From Octopus sinensis (Eukaryota), in assembly GCF_006345805.1 (NCBI RefSeq), contig NC_043003.1, positions 45,632,001 to 45,696,000 of the forward strand: 64,000 nucleotides of DNA. The letters are read 5' to 3'. Shown piece by piece: positions 39,991 to 53,593 of this stretch. The translations under genes and the position numbers were made by a program. The notes beneath the pieces were generated by a model, which had not been told where the DNA came from, searched no databases, and saw nothing but the letters and a program-made list of their open reading frames with translations. Numbering within the stretch: position 1 is the stretch's first letter; each line of letters starts with the position of its first letter.

Positions 39991-40297
39991 ACACCTCGTC
40001 TGCTAGAAATGGCAGTGGCTCGCTTGTAACTTCAAGCGACTTTCAGCCGCTGATCTTGCAACAAACAAAGAAGCTAATTCTAAGATGAATGCAGTAACTG
40101 TACTGGCAAGTAATGCTTTTCGCCACTTCAACGTGGCTGTTCCGTTCGAATGGATGTTATCACCATGTTATGGAGCCATTGCAGACCTCCGATATAGCAG
40201 ATATATAATTGTTAAAGAGGCCTTAAAGTGTGTTGTCCTTTTTAACAATTATTGATAAATACATACATACATATATACATACATACATATATATACG

Positions 40298-40330
<33 letters not shown>

Positions 40331-40337
40331 TATATAG

Positions 40338-40371
<34 letters not shown>

Positions 40372-40406
40372 TGTGTGTGTGTGTGTGTGTGTGTGTGGTA
40401 TATATA

Positions 40407-40437
<31 letters not shown>

Positions 40438-41349
40438 GATATATATATATATATATATATATGGTGGTGAGTTGTATCTGTCAGTGTGTATACTGTGTGT
40501 ATACTTTGTGTATACAGTGTGTATATTGCATAATATATTCAGAAATAAATGGGTCTATATATCGATATATATACAAGCACAAACATATACATTCATAGAA
40601 ACGCATACTCTCCAACATCTCCCCCACACATACATATATACTTTTGTGTGTCTGTGCGTGCTTATTTTTGTTTGGTTATGTGTGAGTATATGTATGCGTA
40701 TACATATTTACATATACACATAAACATCTTAGTTACTTTCCTCTAGTATCATGTACTTAACACTGCATTTCCAAATAACTTTAATGTCACTCGCAAGAGT
40801 TTGTTGGTTGATATTTCTAGCATATCAGCCCACCAGGGTTGCCTCTTAATTAGTGCGTTACCATGCATAACGAAACATCAGTGGTTTTGTATGCTTGTTG
40901 ATAAGTAGTAGGATGTGAGTATTGCTGTTGCAATCTTTTACATTATTAAGTTATAACAGCCTATAATTTCTCAGCTTACAGCGTTGTGACGGAATGCCTG
41001 TATCGTTTATTTATTGTTATGCATCTCGCTTTGAGAGTCATTAAGCCCCCCACGTTCTTCTAAGCCACACTGTTTGTTGATTTAAGTGTCTGCAATATTT
41101 TTACAATGTCTTTATTTAGACGTTTGCGTCCGTCATATATACGAGATAATTTGTAAGTTACATTTACTCTTTTTACCCAGAGGTTTACATATAAGTAATG
41201 TTAAATCTCCGGCAACCATATTTTGCATGAAAGTAACATGTTTAAAATATTGAGCTTGCAAATGTTAAATATAAAATTATGCGATGATGAATTGACAATG
41301 TTCAATATATGAGAATGCAAAATCGTTATTACGTTTGAGAAAATGTTTA

Positions 41350-41510
41350 ACTGCATTTAATCCGGTCCTGTGTTCAAATTCTGCTGGAATTGACTCCGCC
41401 GTATATCCTTTCTGGGTCGATTAAATAAGAAGCAGTGAAGTACTGGAGTCAATATAATCGAATTGTCCCCCACTCTCAAAACTGCTGGCATTGTGCCAAA
41501 ATCAGATAGA
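41350..41510 (+). mobile_element. SINE family B, decayed
   Basis: GTTCAAATTCTGCTGG...GGGTCGATTAAATAAG. Confidence 0.65.
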
Positions 41511-41803
41511 AATGGTTTTGATTATCCTGGTAAACCCGGAGGAGAGTTCCGTATGTGCTTAGTTTTTATTAGGCACCTCAACTAGACATGAACGTCACTG
41601 TAATTGTCGAGGAAATAAAGAGAATATCACGAAGGAATTTACAATATTGTACGTTAACTATGTTAGAAAATTGATATATTTTAGTGAAAAAATTTTCCAG
41701 AGATTCTATCATCTACATACACTGCGGATGAATAGAATGTAGCACTAGTAATAACTAACGGAAATTTTCATTAGTATTCTGTCCATTTTATTCTGTCTTC
41801 CAG

Positions 41804-43294
41804 ATGTGATCCTGTCTCCTCTCCGATCAGCAGTTCATTGAAGAGGAGAATGGTTCTTCGTCACAGATTGTGAAGTCCTTTTCACCGAATATGGATTCTT
41901 CCTCAACGAAGAGGGATTCTTGTTCGAAGAATGTGTACCTGACGCATTTTTTTATCCACTTTTCCAACACCTTTAATGCTTTCCTTTTTTCGTAAAAGCC
42001 TACGGATACTGTTCTTCATCGTGTTGTGTAAGGAGTGTTAGGTCTGTGTGAGCGACCATTCAGGTTGTTTTGTTTACTCCCTGCACTTGTTGATCTTCTT
42101 GAGTATGATTGTCATTGTTCAAACTGATTTTGGATCGAAGAGGACTGAGTCTCTTGTTTAACTCCTGCGATGAGGACGATGTGAAGCCGCTGTAATCTTC
42201 GGTCCTTTTAAGCCCTCACAACAGAAATACCTGTAGTAGCTACAATAGCATTCAGAAGCAAGCCGTTTTGCTCTAGCCAATCAGTTTTAAGTCCCTTGTC
42301 TCGGCACCCTCTACAGAGCACAATTTTAAGTGTTTCGTAATTTTTCTGCGTCATGTAAACACTTATGGTCCATGCGACCCATGAGAATTCGCATGTGAGC
42401 AATGCGAATACATATAACCGAAAGTTACAACAGCATTGATTATACCTTAAAAATGACCATAAGCCAGAATTCAACTGCATCACAGATGACCTTGATAGTG
42501 ACATTTATGCTCCTTCTTCGAAAATTTTGTGGGAGTAATTTATGGTAAGATATGCTTGGTACAACTTGCTCTTGCGATTCGGGTGCCTCCTTTGTTTTGA
42601 AGATGACGTATATAGTTCCATACATCATCCCTGATGTGTTTTATGACACTTTACACCGATTCCACCAATGTGCCAATCCTTCCCTAAAACTCCTCTTAAG
42701 GAATCTAAAGAAGACTCTGTGACACGCGCAAGGCACTGAAAACGTTATCCACCTCCTTTTAAACTCTAAGAGAGATTGTGGATGGCTGGCGTCTGTTTTG
42801 GGAGTGAATTGCAGACAGGTTCCAAACCATTCAACAAAATGTATTGTAACTCGGGTTACGTTTGTAAACGATGGAACTTAGTTTTACCATATAATGTATA
42901 TGTGCACTGTTGTTGATGTGACAAATATGGCTGTACTACATTGTTTATTTTTACCGAAATGTTATATTTTCCTTTTCAGTATTTTATTTTTATTTTTTAT
43001 TTTTTTTTTATATCTATGTTTGTGAATGTTTTCATTAATGAACCATCTACAATAATTTTTTTTATTTTGTAGAGCAATTTCTTGTTCCGTTCAATGTAAT
43101 TTTGTCTGAGGGCGAAATTCCACATAATGCCATAACTAATTTGAACATAATGCCGTAACAGATTTGAAGACCTGAGGCGAAATACTTTAAGAAATATTTT
43201 AAGAAATACTGACCTTGTTTTCATTACACCAGTATGGAGCAGACTTTTAAAGTTACAAATAAAAGTCCTTGTCTGAAATAATATGCAGAATAAA
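41804..43294 (+). other. Possible terminal exon with long 3' UTR of an unidentified gene
   Basis: Acceptor TTTTATTCTGTCTTCCAG|A at 41803; a short frame CDPVSSPISSSLKRRMVLRHRL* ends at 41873; about 1.5 kb free of recognisable repeats; AATAAA at 43258 and 43289. Confidence 0.25.
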
Positions 43295-44807
43295 ATTTAA
43301 TTCATTCAGTTATTTTTGTAAAACCATGGAATTCTCAGTGTTATGATTTTGTAACGACTTACTATATAGTAATTTTTTAGCTTTTGATAAAATAAAATGT
43401 TGAAGATTTTCGATTACAAACATTAGATTAAATTGACTTAGATTTTTTTTCTTTTTTGGTTTTCATGTGGACTAGCAAGTAGAAAACATGTGCTTAGAAC
43501 TGGTATCGTATCTGTACGATACGAGAGATTTTATGTCTTACAAACTATAATTACGGTTAAACAGAAATATACGAGAATATACGATGATAAAAAAATATGT
43601 AGATATGAATCTATTTAAGCGTGAATATTTGAACGTCATGAAAATACGTTTTGTAAATATCCGAGATCATCCGTAAACCTGTGAGCAGTTACAAAATAAA
43701 ATCGCCATTGAAAAGATGAACATAGATGAACATGCATTTTACAGTTGATTACAAATATGTTAACATACTAGCTTATATGTTTACTTATAATTTCACACAC
43801 ACTTAGAGATAATCTGACAGTTATTTACACAATCTTGCACACATTTGCACATTACTTCATACCTGTTAACAACTCAACTAACATATGCTTATGCCTGGTT
43901 TCACATATGTTTGTATATAATGTCAATCGTATTTGCACAAGAGATCACACTTGAGATCACAAATTTTTAGGAAAGCCCCTCACCATGAGCATAAAACATC
44001 TTACATACGACTTCATGTTATGCTTATGTACCACATCAAAAAATTTACACAAGATATCTCGCATGAGTATGCATGAGAGCAAATATGTTTATAGATTATC
44101 TTACGCGTGCACAGTAATACTATTTAACAACTTTATATTATTCACCACATAAATAATGTACAGATAATATATTTAATGCTTTACTGATTAAAGCCTATAA
44201 AATGTATGCATTTAAAAATAATTTCAATTCATAAATTACATAAGCATCCACAGTGCTTGATTCCTTATATGGTTCAAGTGTGACTGATTGGCAAGAATTT
44301 TACTTCACAATTATATGGTTCCAGGCACGATTCGGCTACAGGTACCTTGGGCAAGCGTCTTCCGCTATGTGTATGTATATATATATATATATATATATGA
44401 GGGGGGAGGAATAACGGAAAACACTCAATCTTATCAACTCCTCTTCAGTTATCGGCCAGAGAGACAAACGCAATTTCGGCCATTAGCGATAATATTACTT
44501 CCACTCTGGAGGCACCGGCAAGAAACTTGCTGGGAATGAGACCAAAACATAACTAACGAGACGATCTCGAGATGAGAGCGTTAATTGATGGACGAGGGAT
44601 AAGACAATAAATAGAATATGGGCTTGGGTCCCAAACGAAGACAACAATTAAAATGATAATAATACATGAATACATCTACAGCAAAAAAAAATGGCTTAAG
44701 GCTGCAAGACAAGACAAAAAGGGTAACGTGAAACAGAAATGAAAAACTGTCCTAACGAACAATGTATGTGTGAGTATATGAATGTATATGTGCGCGCGTG
44801 TGTGTGC

Positions 44808-44860
<53 letters not shown>

Positions 44861-44891
44861 TGTGTACGCTCACTTTTACAGTGTTTGTTAG

Positions 44892-45057
44892 TATTTGATT
44901 AATGAGAGAGACAGAAGACGGAAGATACGAAAATGTTTATTGAACACTTGAATTGTTTTAATTCACCTAATATCGATGCTAAAGGGGTCCAAAGAATTGC
45001 AGTGATCAATGAACGTTCTCGTATCTTCCATCTTCCGTCTCTCTTAGCAATCAAATA
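44892..45057. mobile_element. MITE-like element
   Basis: ~52-bp imperfect terminal inverted repeats (TATTTGATT...GGAAGATACGA..A.GTT.ATTGA). Confidence 0.6.
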
Positions 45058-45424
45058 TGTGTGTGTGTGTATATATTAATCTTCTCTCTTCGCTCTTATA
45101 CGCCATTTGGCCTCAACTCTCCCCCCTCCTCATCTAACCCCCCTCTCCCCCTCCTCACCTATCCTCCCCCCGACCCCTACTTCTTCAGTCCTTCATCCTT
45201 TCACCCCTACTCCCCTTCCCTTCTTCCCTCTTTCTCCCTCCCTCCTTCCCTCTTCCCCTTCCCTCTGCTCCCTCACTCCCCTTCTCTCTCCCCCTCTCCC
45301 TCTTTCCTCCTTCCTCCTCCCCTTCCTTCTCCCCTTCCTCTCTCTCCCCCTCTCCATGTTGATTCGTTAGTTACTGCACGCATTTTTTTCTCTCCTTCTT
45401 TCTGTGTTTTTTTCTCTCTGTGTA

Positions 45425-45462
45425 TCTTTCTGTTGAAGAGCGTAGGCTCGAAACGTTAAAGA
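45425..45462 (+). ncRNA. Extra-A hammerhead family copy (A6>T)
   Basis: tcttt-CTGTTGA-A-gagc(gtag)gctc-GAAA-cg-TT-aaaga; stem I covaries with the 47260 copy. Confidence 0.55.
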
Positions 45463-46394
45463 CTTGTTTTATTTATATTTCCTGAGCGCCATACTAATAC
45501 AATTGTTTGTTTGTTTCCCACCTGCCTTCGTCTTTTGTCTATTTTCATAAAGCTTCCCGATATAATAATATGGACTTTAGCTCTTATTTCCAAAGAGGTT
45601 GATGCTTTTTGCATCCTTATGCTCCGTGCTAATTTTGAATTATATATATGTATGTATGTATTTTAAGGATTAAATATAAAGACAACAAACGGAAAATATG
45701 ATGTACTTGTATATATATATGTATATATATATATATATATAAAACGTGTAGTAAATAAATATACAGGCATATACTAAATACACAGACGAACGGAAAATAC
45801 ACAAGATCACCAACTCCTTCTCAGTTATCGGCCGAAGGATGGATTGCAATTTCGGACATAATCGATAATATTGCTTCCACTCTGGGGCACTGGCAAGAAA
45901 CTTGACGAGAATGGGACCAAAACGCAACAAAACGAGACGAGACCGTTAATATACGAACGAGGAATAAGACTATAAACAGAATAATGGCTTCGTTCCCACA
46001 CGAAGACAACAATTGAAATGATAATAATACATGTACAGCAAAAAATTCCGTAGGGCTGCAAGACAAGATAAAAAGGGTAACGCGAAGGAGAAATGAAAAA
46101 CTATCCTAACGGACAATAGAGACGGGGACTGAGTAGAGCAAGGAGCTCAGAAAATTGTGACCAGTTCGGTCAAAGGCAATGTGAAATAGAATGGCGCCGC
46201 CTTAGGCCCTTACGGATGACAAAATAGTGGAAGAGGGTAACAGAAAGATAAACACTGAGAGAGAGAGAGAGAGAGAGAAGAGAGTGAAAGGAAATAAGAG
46301 AAGGGTGGAACGTACATACATACATATATGTATATGTATAGATATATAATATATATATATATATATCTATATAATATATATATATATATATCTA

Positions 46395-46445
<51 letters not shown>

Positions 46446-46474
46446 ATATATATATAATATATATATATATATAT

Positions 46475-46858
46475 GGAGGCGCAATGGCCCAGTGGTTAGG
46501 GCTGCGGACTCGCGGTCATAGGATCGCGGTTTCGATTCCCAGACCGGGCGTTGTGAGTGTTTATTGAGCGAAAACACCTAAAAGCTCCACGAGGCTCCGG
46601 CAGGGGATGGTGGTGATCCCTGCTGTACTCTTTCACCACACCTTTCTCTCACTCTTACTTCCTGTTTCTGTTGTACCTGTATTTCAAGGGGCCGGCCTTG
46701 TCACTCTCTGTGTCACGCTGAATATCCCCGAGAACTACGTTAAGGGTGCACGTGTCTGTGGAGTGCTCAGCCACTTACACGTTAATTTCACGAGCAGGCT
46801 GTTCCGTTGATTCGGATCAACTGGAACCCTCATCGTCATAACCGACGGAGTGCTTCCC
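46475..46858 (+). mobile_element. SINE family D, complete
   Basis: A box TGGCCCAGTGG, B box GGTTTCGATTCC; inserted in (TA)n. Confidence 0.88.
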
Positions 46859-46890
<32 letters not shown>

Positions 46891-47259
46891 TACTGATATG
46901 TAGTACCATGAATTTATAACATTATCACTAACTACATAGTCATGATTAGCAAAACCAAACCGGTAGAGAAGGTAAATATTCTGAAGACACACCAGATTCT
47001 CATCTATGACCTGCAACTCTATTGGATGAGATGCGATTTATATTCTTTGTAATGCACGTATATATATATAATATAATCTATTTTTATTTTACTTGTTTCA
47101 CCCTTGCGGATGTTGTCAGGGTGGAGCACCAACGTGATAATAAATATATATATATATATAGTTAATCCAAACAAGAAAGCGCAAAAAAAACACAACAGCG
47201 CGAGGACGTGGAACAAATATAGTATTATTGGACGCTCAGGAAAGAAGGAAAGAAGGAGG

Positions 47260-47294
47260 GTTTAACGTTTCGAGCCGAGCTCTTCGTCAGAAAC
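47260..47294 (-). ncRNA. Minimal hammerhead motif with an extra A after A9
   Basis: gttt-CTGACGA-A-gagc(tcg)gctc-GAAA-cg-TT-aaac; lies in a short repeat (~47160-47400) ending in (TA)n. Confidence 0.62.
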
Positions 47295-50200
47295 ATAGGA
47301 GAAGGAAAGATCCAGAGAAGGGAAGACAGAGGAAAAAAGAGTGAGAAAGAAGAGAGTGAGAGAGAAGAGAGTGAGAGAGAGAGCGAGAGAACATTATTAC
47401 TCATAAGAGATATCAATAATAGTGGCTGCGCGCATAAAACCGTATAGGCAAAGTTAATATATATATATATAATCAGGGCACTAAGAAGCAACAGCTTAGC
47501 TAAAAATAATAGTCATATACACTCGTATGGCCTCTAGTCTATCTGATACATATATTTTTTAAATGGCTTTTAAACACCTTCCATGCTGCAATTGTTTTTG
47601 TTTCAGCACACGATCTCAGATCAGGTCGCTTACTGTACAAGTACATCTCCGTAATATATATATATATATATTATATATATATATACTATGTGTGCATGTG
47701 TGTATGTGTGTGTGTTTGTGTGTAAATTGTTCACGTATTAATAATGCAACATTATAAATACGCACGTCTCACCAGCTAAATTGTTTTTCAACAATAAAGA
47801 ACGTCGCCGATACAATGACGTATCGCAATTCTTAGGGATATAGTAATTACAAACTCACACATAAGGTAATGTAAATTTCTTTAAAATCTGTTAATGTCTC
47901 TCTGCGCCAAAACATTTTTGGCCAAGCCTTTCGTTATTTTATTTCCTTTTATTTACACAATAATAATGCTGTATTCAACTGATCTGTCATTTACTTTATC
48001 CAATCTTTTTCGTATAGCCTCCAGTCTATCTCATGTAATTAGCTAATTTTTTTGTTATTGTTTTTGTATTTCATTGTCGTTTTCTGCTTATATCACTGTA
48101 ATTTGTAGTTTTACTTTCGTTTTGTAGACAATTTTTGTTTCCTGTTTATTTATTTTCAAATTCATTTCGTTCTCGTTTTTTTGTCTTTGTAAGAATCATC
48201 ACTAAGTTTTCATTTTATACTTTTTACATATTTTTTCTTCGCTTATTTTACTGTTATTTATCTATTTCTTTACCTACAAAACTAAATTGATTTAAATATA
48301 TGTAAACGTATTTTCCTTCTTCGTTGCCTGTTTCTTTCCACTTATCCGGTTGTTAGCTTCGATTCTTTTGTCGTTTCGTTTTCCCTTCCATAGCAATGTA
48401 CATTATACTAAAAGGAAATCGTTCATTTATAAGTTTTAATATGTCGCTCTAAGTATGCAGCCTGTGTCCTTAATAAGAGCAAAATTTCTGTTACACCTCT
48501 GTTAAAAACAAATATGTGATATTAAGTAATCGTTATGCTTATCTATGTTCTCCCTATCTCCGTCTCTCTCTCGCTCTCTCTCACCTCCTCCTCCTCTCTA
48601 CTTCTCTTTATTTATCTATGGATACTAGCAAAGCTAATCAGAAACAAAAATAACATTTCACAGTGGGACGAATTGGCAAGTGGAATACAATTCGGGTACA
48701 GAGAGGAAACAAGATCAAATTTATTCGATATTACGAATAACGTAAGAGAGACAAAATGCCATGCTTAAGAAGCCTTGCCACATGCAATCATTTTGTATAG
48801 ATGACACATAGAGAAACGCATTTAACGGCAAACATAGACCTGGAGCTACATATATTTCACAATACGCTACATTCTGTACTGACAAGAATAAAATCACTGA
48901 TGGAATTATTGTATGCATTCTCGAAGCTATCGTACCCTTAATTTTCAGCCACATCCAAGTTCAATTTCTGAAAGTCTAATACAATACGTAAAACGAATTA
49001 TGTCTTTTCTGCATACCGTCTTCAAATCACGATGGTCAATTTGAAGAAAGTTTCAAAATTATGAATGAGGTACCAATGAAACTGCATCAGCATATTTTTG
49101 GATGCATTCTGTGAAAAATAATTTAACAGCACAAACGGCTTTGCAGTTATTGGTTCTATGACCAATAAACGAAATACTTTATCCCAAGAATACATAAGCA
49201 TCCAGTTGATTATACACTGCTATTCCAAATCCAAAGTGGTTAGCATCAGGTGCAACTATCCTTTGGTCATACAATATACAGCGAACATCGACAAATACTT
49301 TGGAACGCCTGTGTTCACATGCAGAACAATAAATGTTTTCGTCTTGACCAACGTTATGTAACTATGTTCGGAGAATAAAATTCAAGTGGACTTGGCATCA
49401 TGGCAAAAACAAAGAATGAAAATGGATTTTTGCAGAGAATGTTGTGTATACAGAAATTCTGCTGACGTATACGTAATCTCTCTTTCACTGGATTACCACA
49501 CGTATGTTAATTTCCTCTCTGTTTAAGCAAAGCATTATCCGTTGGAACTACGTGAGGCAATCAATGACCTTTCATTCAAGCTATTATGTATCGCACTATT
49601 TTATATAACACATGCATTATGCAACTGAGTTCTTGAAAACGAACATGTATATATACAGTTCCTACAAAAGATTTATTCAAACATCACATTTATTAATGCA
49701 GTCCTTTACAAATTGTTACGTAACTCTGTAGGTAGTTCTATGCATTGTCAAACCTGTACCTACAACATCTTTGTAACACGCTTGCTGTTTATAACATTAC
49801 ATATTGTACCACCCATATCAGAAAAGATCTATGCTTTGGCTTTAGGTTGGAAAATAAAGGAAAAAAATTATCTATGATAATACATTGTTGTTATTCTCAT
49901 CAATTAATTATTCACAAATGTCTCAACAAGTTATATTCCGCAAAGGGCAGTTATCTGCCGTTAATGTCTGTTAAGTAATTTAAATATTCAGTGAAAGTAT
50001 GAAATGAGATTTTCTGTTCCTCTTAATATTTCCCGTCCATGGGGTGGACATTAGTTAATAATTCAAGTAAATAAATTTTATAGAGAGAATGGCATTTAAA
50101 AGCATAGAGCATAAATTGTCACACGAAATACACACATACACACAAATATGTGCGTGTGGGTTTTGTGTGTGTGAGTGTATGTGTGCTTGTATGCATATAT

Positions 50201-51626
50201 ATGCATATGTAAGTGTGTTCACATATATATATATATATATACATGTAAACGTTATGAAGTTATATACAAATCTGTCGGTGTAGGAGTACACTTATATACG
50301 AAGAGGAATAATTGTGAGAAATTTTGGAGTGCATTTTCTTAGTTCCCTTCACGTTGTGACTTCAAGTCCAGTCGTGTTCAACTTTGCCCTGTTTTTCATT
50401 CCAGGGTAAGCGATGAAGTTGATATGAACTGACTAAGATCGATTTAATCGATTGTTCCCTACCACAAATATATATGACCATTGAGCCTGCCTTAGAGATC
50501 AACATTTATTTATACCCCGTTGCCTTCTGTTTTATAATACGGCTGCCGTTGTCTGTGTCTTTCTTTTCTCCCAGGGTCGATTAAAATAAATACCAGGTAT
50601 ATATTGTGCATATTTTATCAAATAGTTCCTCCCTCATAAATTCGTGATGACCTCTGACAGCGGTTAGTAATCAATAATAGAAGTGGAGACAATGAAACTG
50701 TTACGTTTTCTTTTCAGATTATCGTAGAGATATTTCTCCATCAGCTAGCTATATATCTTAAAATAAGTCTTATATAGTATATTGATGAAGTAGATTCCTC
50801 GTTTTACCGATGAAATAAGATTGTTTACAGCATTAAATATTGTTTTTCTGGCTGAATAAAAGACACATATATTTCCGATGAATAAAAGAAATCATATATG
50901 TTATCTTTTACACATGAAAACATAAATGGATTTCAAAGTTTATTCTCGATAAACATTGCCAGAGATTTTAAACTTTATTGCCAGTTTTCAAATTTTATTC
51001 CGTATAAAAATTGCTTTATAGACTTAAAAAATAAATAAATACAGAAAGCCAAAGATGTTCCACAAGATAAAAATGTAAATATTCTCACAAACAAAAAGAA
51101 TATAGAGTTTAAAACTATACATTATCTATAAAAAGAAAATTTAAGCATTATAACAAATGAAGATATAATAAAATATAATAAAAGCAAAATATATTCAACA
51201 GATGAAACGTAAGTAGGATACAAAAATCATAAAAATTTTAACGTTTTCCATTTTATTTTAATGGCCTTTTTTTTAAAAGACAATCCACTTAAAATAGACA
51301 CGTTAGAGAGCTATTTGTACTGGCGTTGGGGTATTTATAGTGATGTTTTAAAGGCTGTAAGGAAGGTGGTCATGAGAATACACTCATCGCTCATAAGGTG
51401 TTTAACAGATAAAAGACTACTGTAATTATAGCTATCACCCCTGGGAGAACAGCTGCAACACTGAATGACACGTGTATGCTTAAATGAGTGAAACAAGAAG
51501 ATTAAAAATATAAAGGGTGAAAGGAATTCAGAGAATAAAAAGAAAGAAAAGTCTATAAGAAGAAAAGAAATTAGTTGGTTATCGCATGAAACTGAAAACT
51601 AATGCACAGTTTGATAATCTATAATG

Positions 51627-51974
51627 TCAGAGGTGGAGTAGGAGACACCCTTCGGTCATGAATGACCATGGGACGGCAGCAAGAAAGTTACCCTTCTAGG
51701 CACAAGTCAGAGCAAGATTGTTTGTGGAAGGCTAGCAGTTGCCCATGCGTACCATGCGTACCCCCTCCTCTCCACACTACTAATGTTATCCAAGGGAAAG
51801 GCAAAGGCCGATACAGCTTGGCACCAGTGATGTCGCAACTCATTTCTACAGTTGAGTTAACTGGAGCAACGTGAAATAAAGTGTCTTGCTCAAGAACACA
51901 ACACACAGCCCAGTCCGGGAATCGAACTCACAACCTCACGATCGTATGCTCTACGCTCTAACCACTGAGCCACT
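51627..51974 (-). mobile_element. SINE family C
   Basis: Reverse complement of the 31350-type head and body, with a longer tail. Confidence 0.85.
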
Positions 51975-52390
51975 AAGTGTGAGTAACTATACAAATCATC
52001 AGCATAGAATATCGACAAGGACTAATGCGCTATAAATATTGTACTTATCCTTGAAGCTCATATTGAATAAATACCAGCCCCATTTAGTTGTATAGTGGAA
52101 GCAATTGCAGCGCGAGGTACCATCATTTGAGGACCCAGTGTATTTAGCACAGCTGTCATATGAATCCATATTTGGAATAATAATCATAAACATGACTGTA
52201 AAATGGGCTTGTTTATGTTACATCATCAAGGATAAAATCCGGTTGCGGTGCCTATACGCATATATTTGTACGTACAGTCATGTATACAAACACACACAAA
52301 CACGGATATAAGTGGATCGATATATACACACACACACATACACACACAAACACACACATATATACACACACACACATATATATGTATATA

Positions 52391-52618
52391 TTCTTTTATT
52401 CTTTTACTTGTTTCAATTATTTGAGAGCGACCATGCTGGAGCACCCCCTTAATTGGTTTTATAGCTGAAGTATTTGACCACAAGACTTATTCTTTGTAAG
52501 CCTAGTACTTATTCTATTGTTCTCTTTGGCCAAACTGCTAAGTTAAGGGGACGTAGACACAACAACATCGGTTGTAAAACGATGGTGGGATGATACACAC
52601 AGCCACAAAGACACACAC

Positions 52619-52667
<49 letters not shown>

Positions 52668-52826
52668 ATATACACGACGGGCTTCTTTCAGTTTCCGTCT
52701 ATTACATCCACTCACAAGGCTTTGGTCGGTCCGAGGCTATAGTAAGTCACTTGGGCAAGGTGCCACATAATGAGACTGAACCCTGAACCAAGTGGTTGAG
52801 AAGCAAGTTTCTTTCTACAAAACCAC

Positions 52827-52899
<73 letters not shown>

Positions 52900-53332
52900 C
52901 ATACATATATATATATACTCTTCCTCTTTTACTCTTTTACTTGTTTCAGTCATTTGACTGCGGCCATGCTGGAGCTCCGCCTTTTTTAGTCATGCAAATC
53001 GACCCCGGGACTTATTCTTTGTAAGCCCAGTACTTATTCTATCGCTCTCTTTTGCCGAACCGCTAAGTGACGGGGACGTAAACACACCAGCATCGGTTGT
53101 CAAGCAATGCTAGGGGGACAAACACAGACACACAAACACACACACATACATATATACATATATACATATATACGACAGGCTTCTTTCAGTTTCCGTCTAC
53201 CAAATCCACTCACAAGGCATTGGTCGGCCCGGGGCTATAGCAGAAGACACTTGCCCAAGATGCCACGCAGTGGGACTGAACCCGGAACCATGTGGTTTGT
53301 TAGCAAGCTACTTACCACACAGCCACTCCTGC
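52391..53332 (-). mobile_element. Two head-to-tail SINE family A copies (52391-52828, 52921-53332)
   Basis: Each matches the family A consensus; separated by (TA)n. Confidence 0.9.
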
Positions 53333-53533
53333 ATGTATGTATATGTGTATGTATATGTATATGTATATATCTTTATACGTATGTGTGTGTATATAAATGT
53401 AAAAATATATGATCATGAGGTACGTGAGACTAAATCGTAATTTACTACGTCAACTAATGGCCGATTCCTTGCGTAAGTGCTAACTGTTCGTTCTGCTGGT
53501 TTCTGTGACTCCACTTACCTATTTTAACATATG

Positions 53534-53593
<60 letters not shown>

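Larger units (their letters stand above)
44408..46115. repeat. Pair of ~350-bp diverged direct repeats (44408-44765, 45790-46115)
   Basis: Shared blocks include CAGTTATCGGCC, GATAATATT.CTTCCACTCTGG, GGCAAGAAACTTG, CGAAGACAACAATT.AAATGATAATAATACATG and GGCTGCAAGACAAGA.AAAAAGGGTAACG. Confidence 0.85.

Noticed and set aside
43700-44150. Possible C2H2 zinc-finger array
   Set aside because: No C-x2-C...H-x3-H pattern or TGEKP linkers in any frame examined.
48560-49400. Possible GPCR pseudogene on the minus strand
   Set aside because: Only vague hydrophobic similarity; helix spacing is too short and there are several stops.
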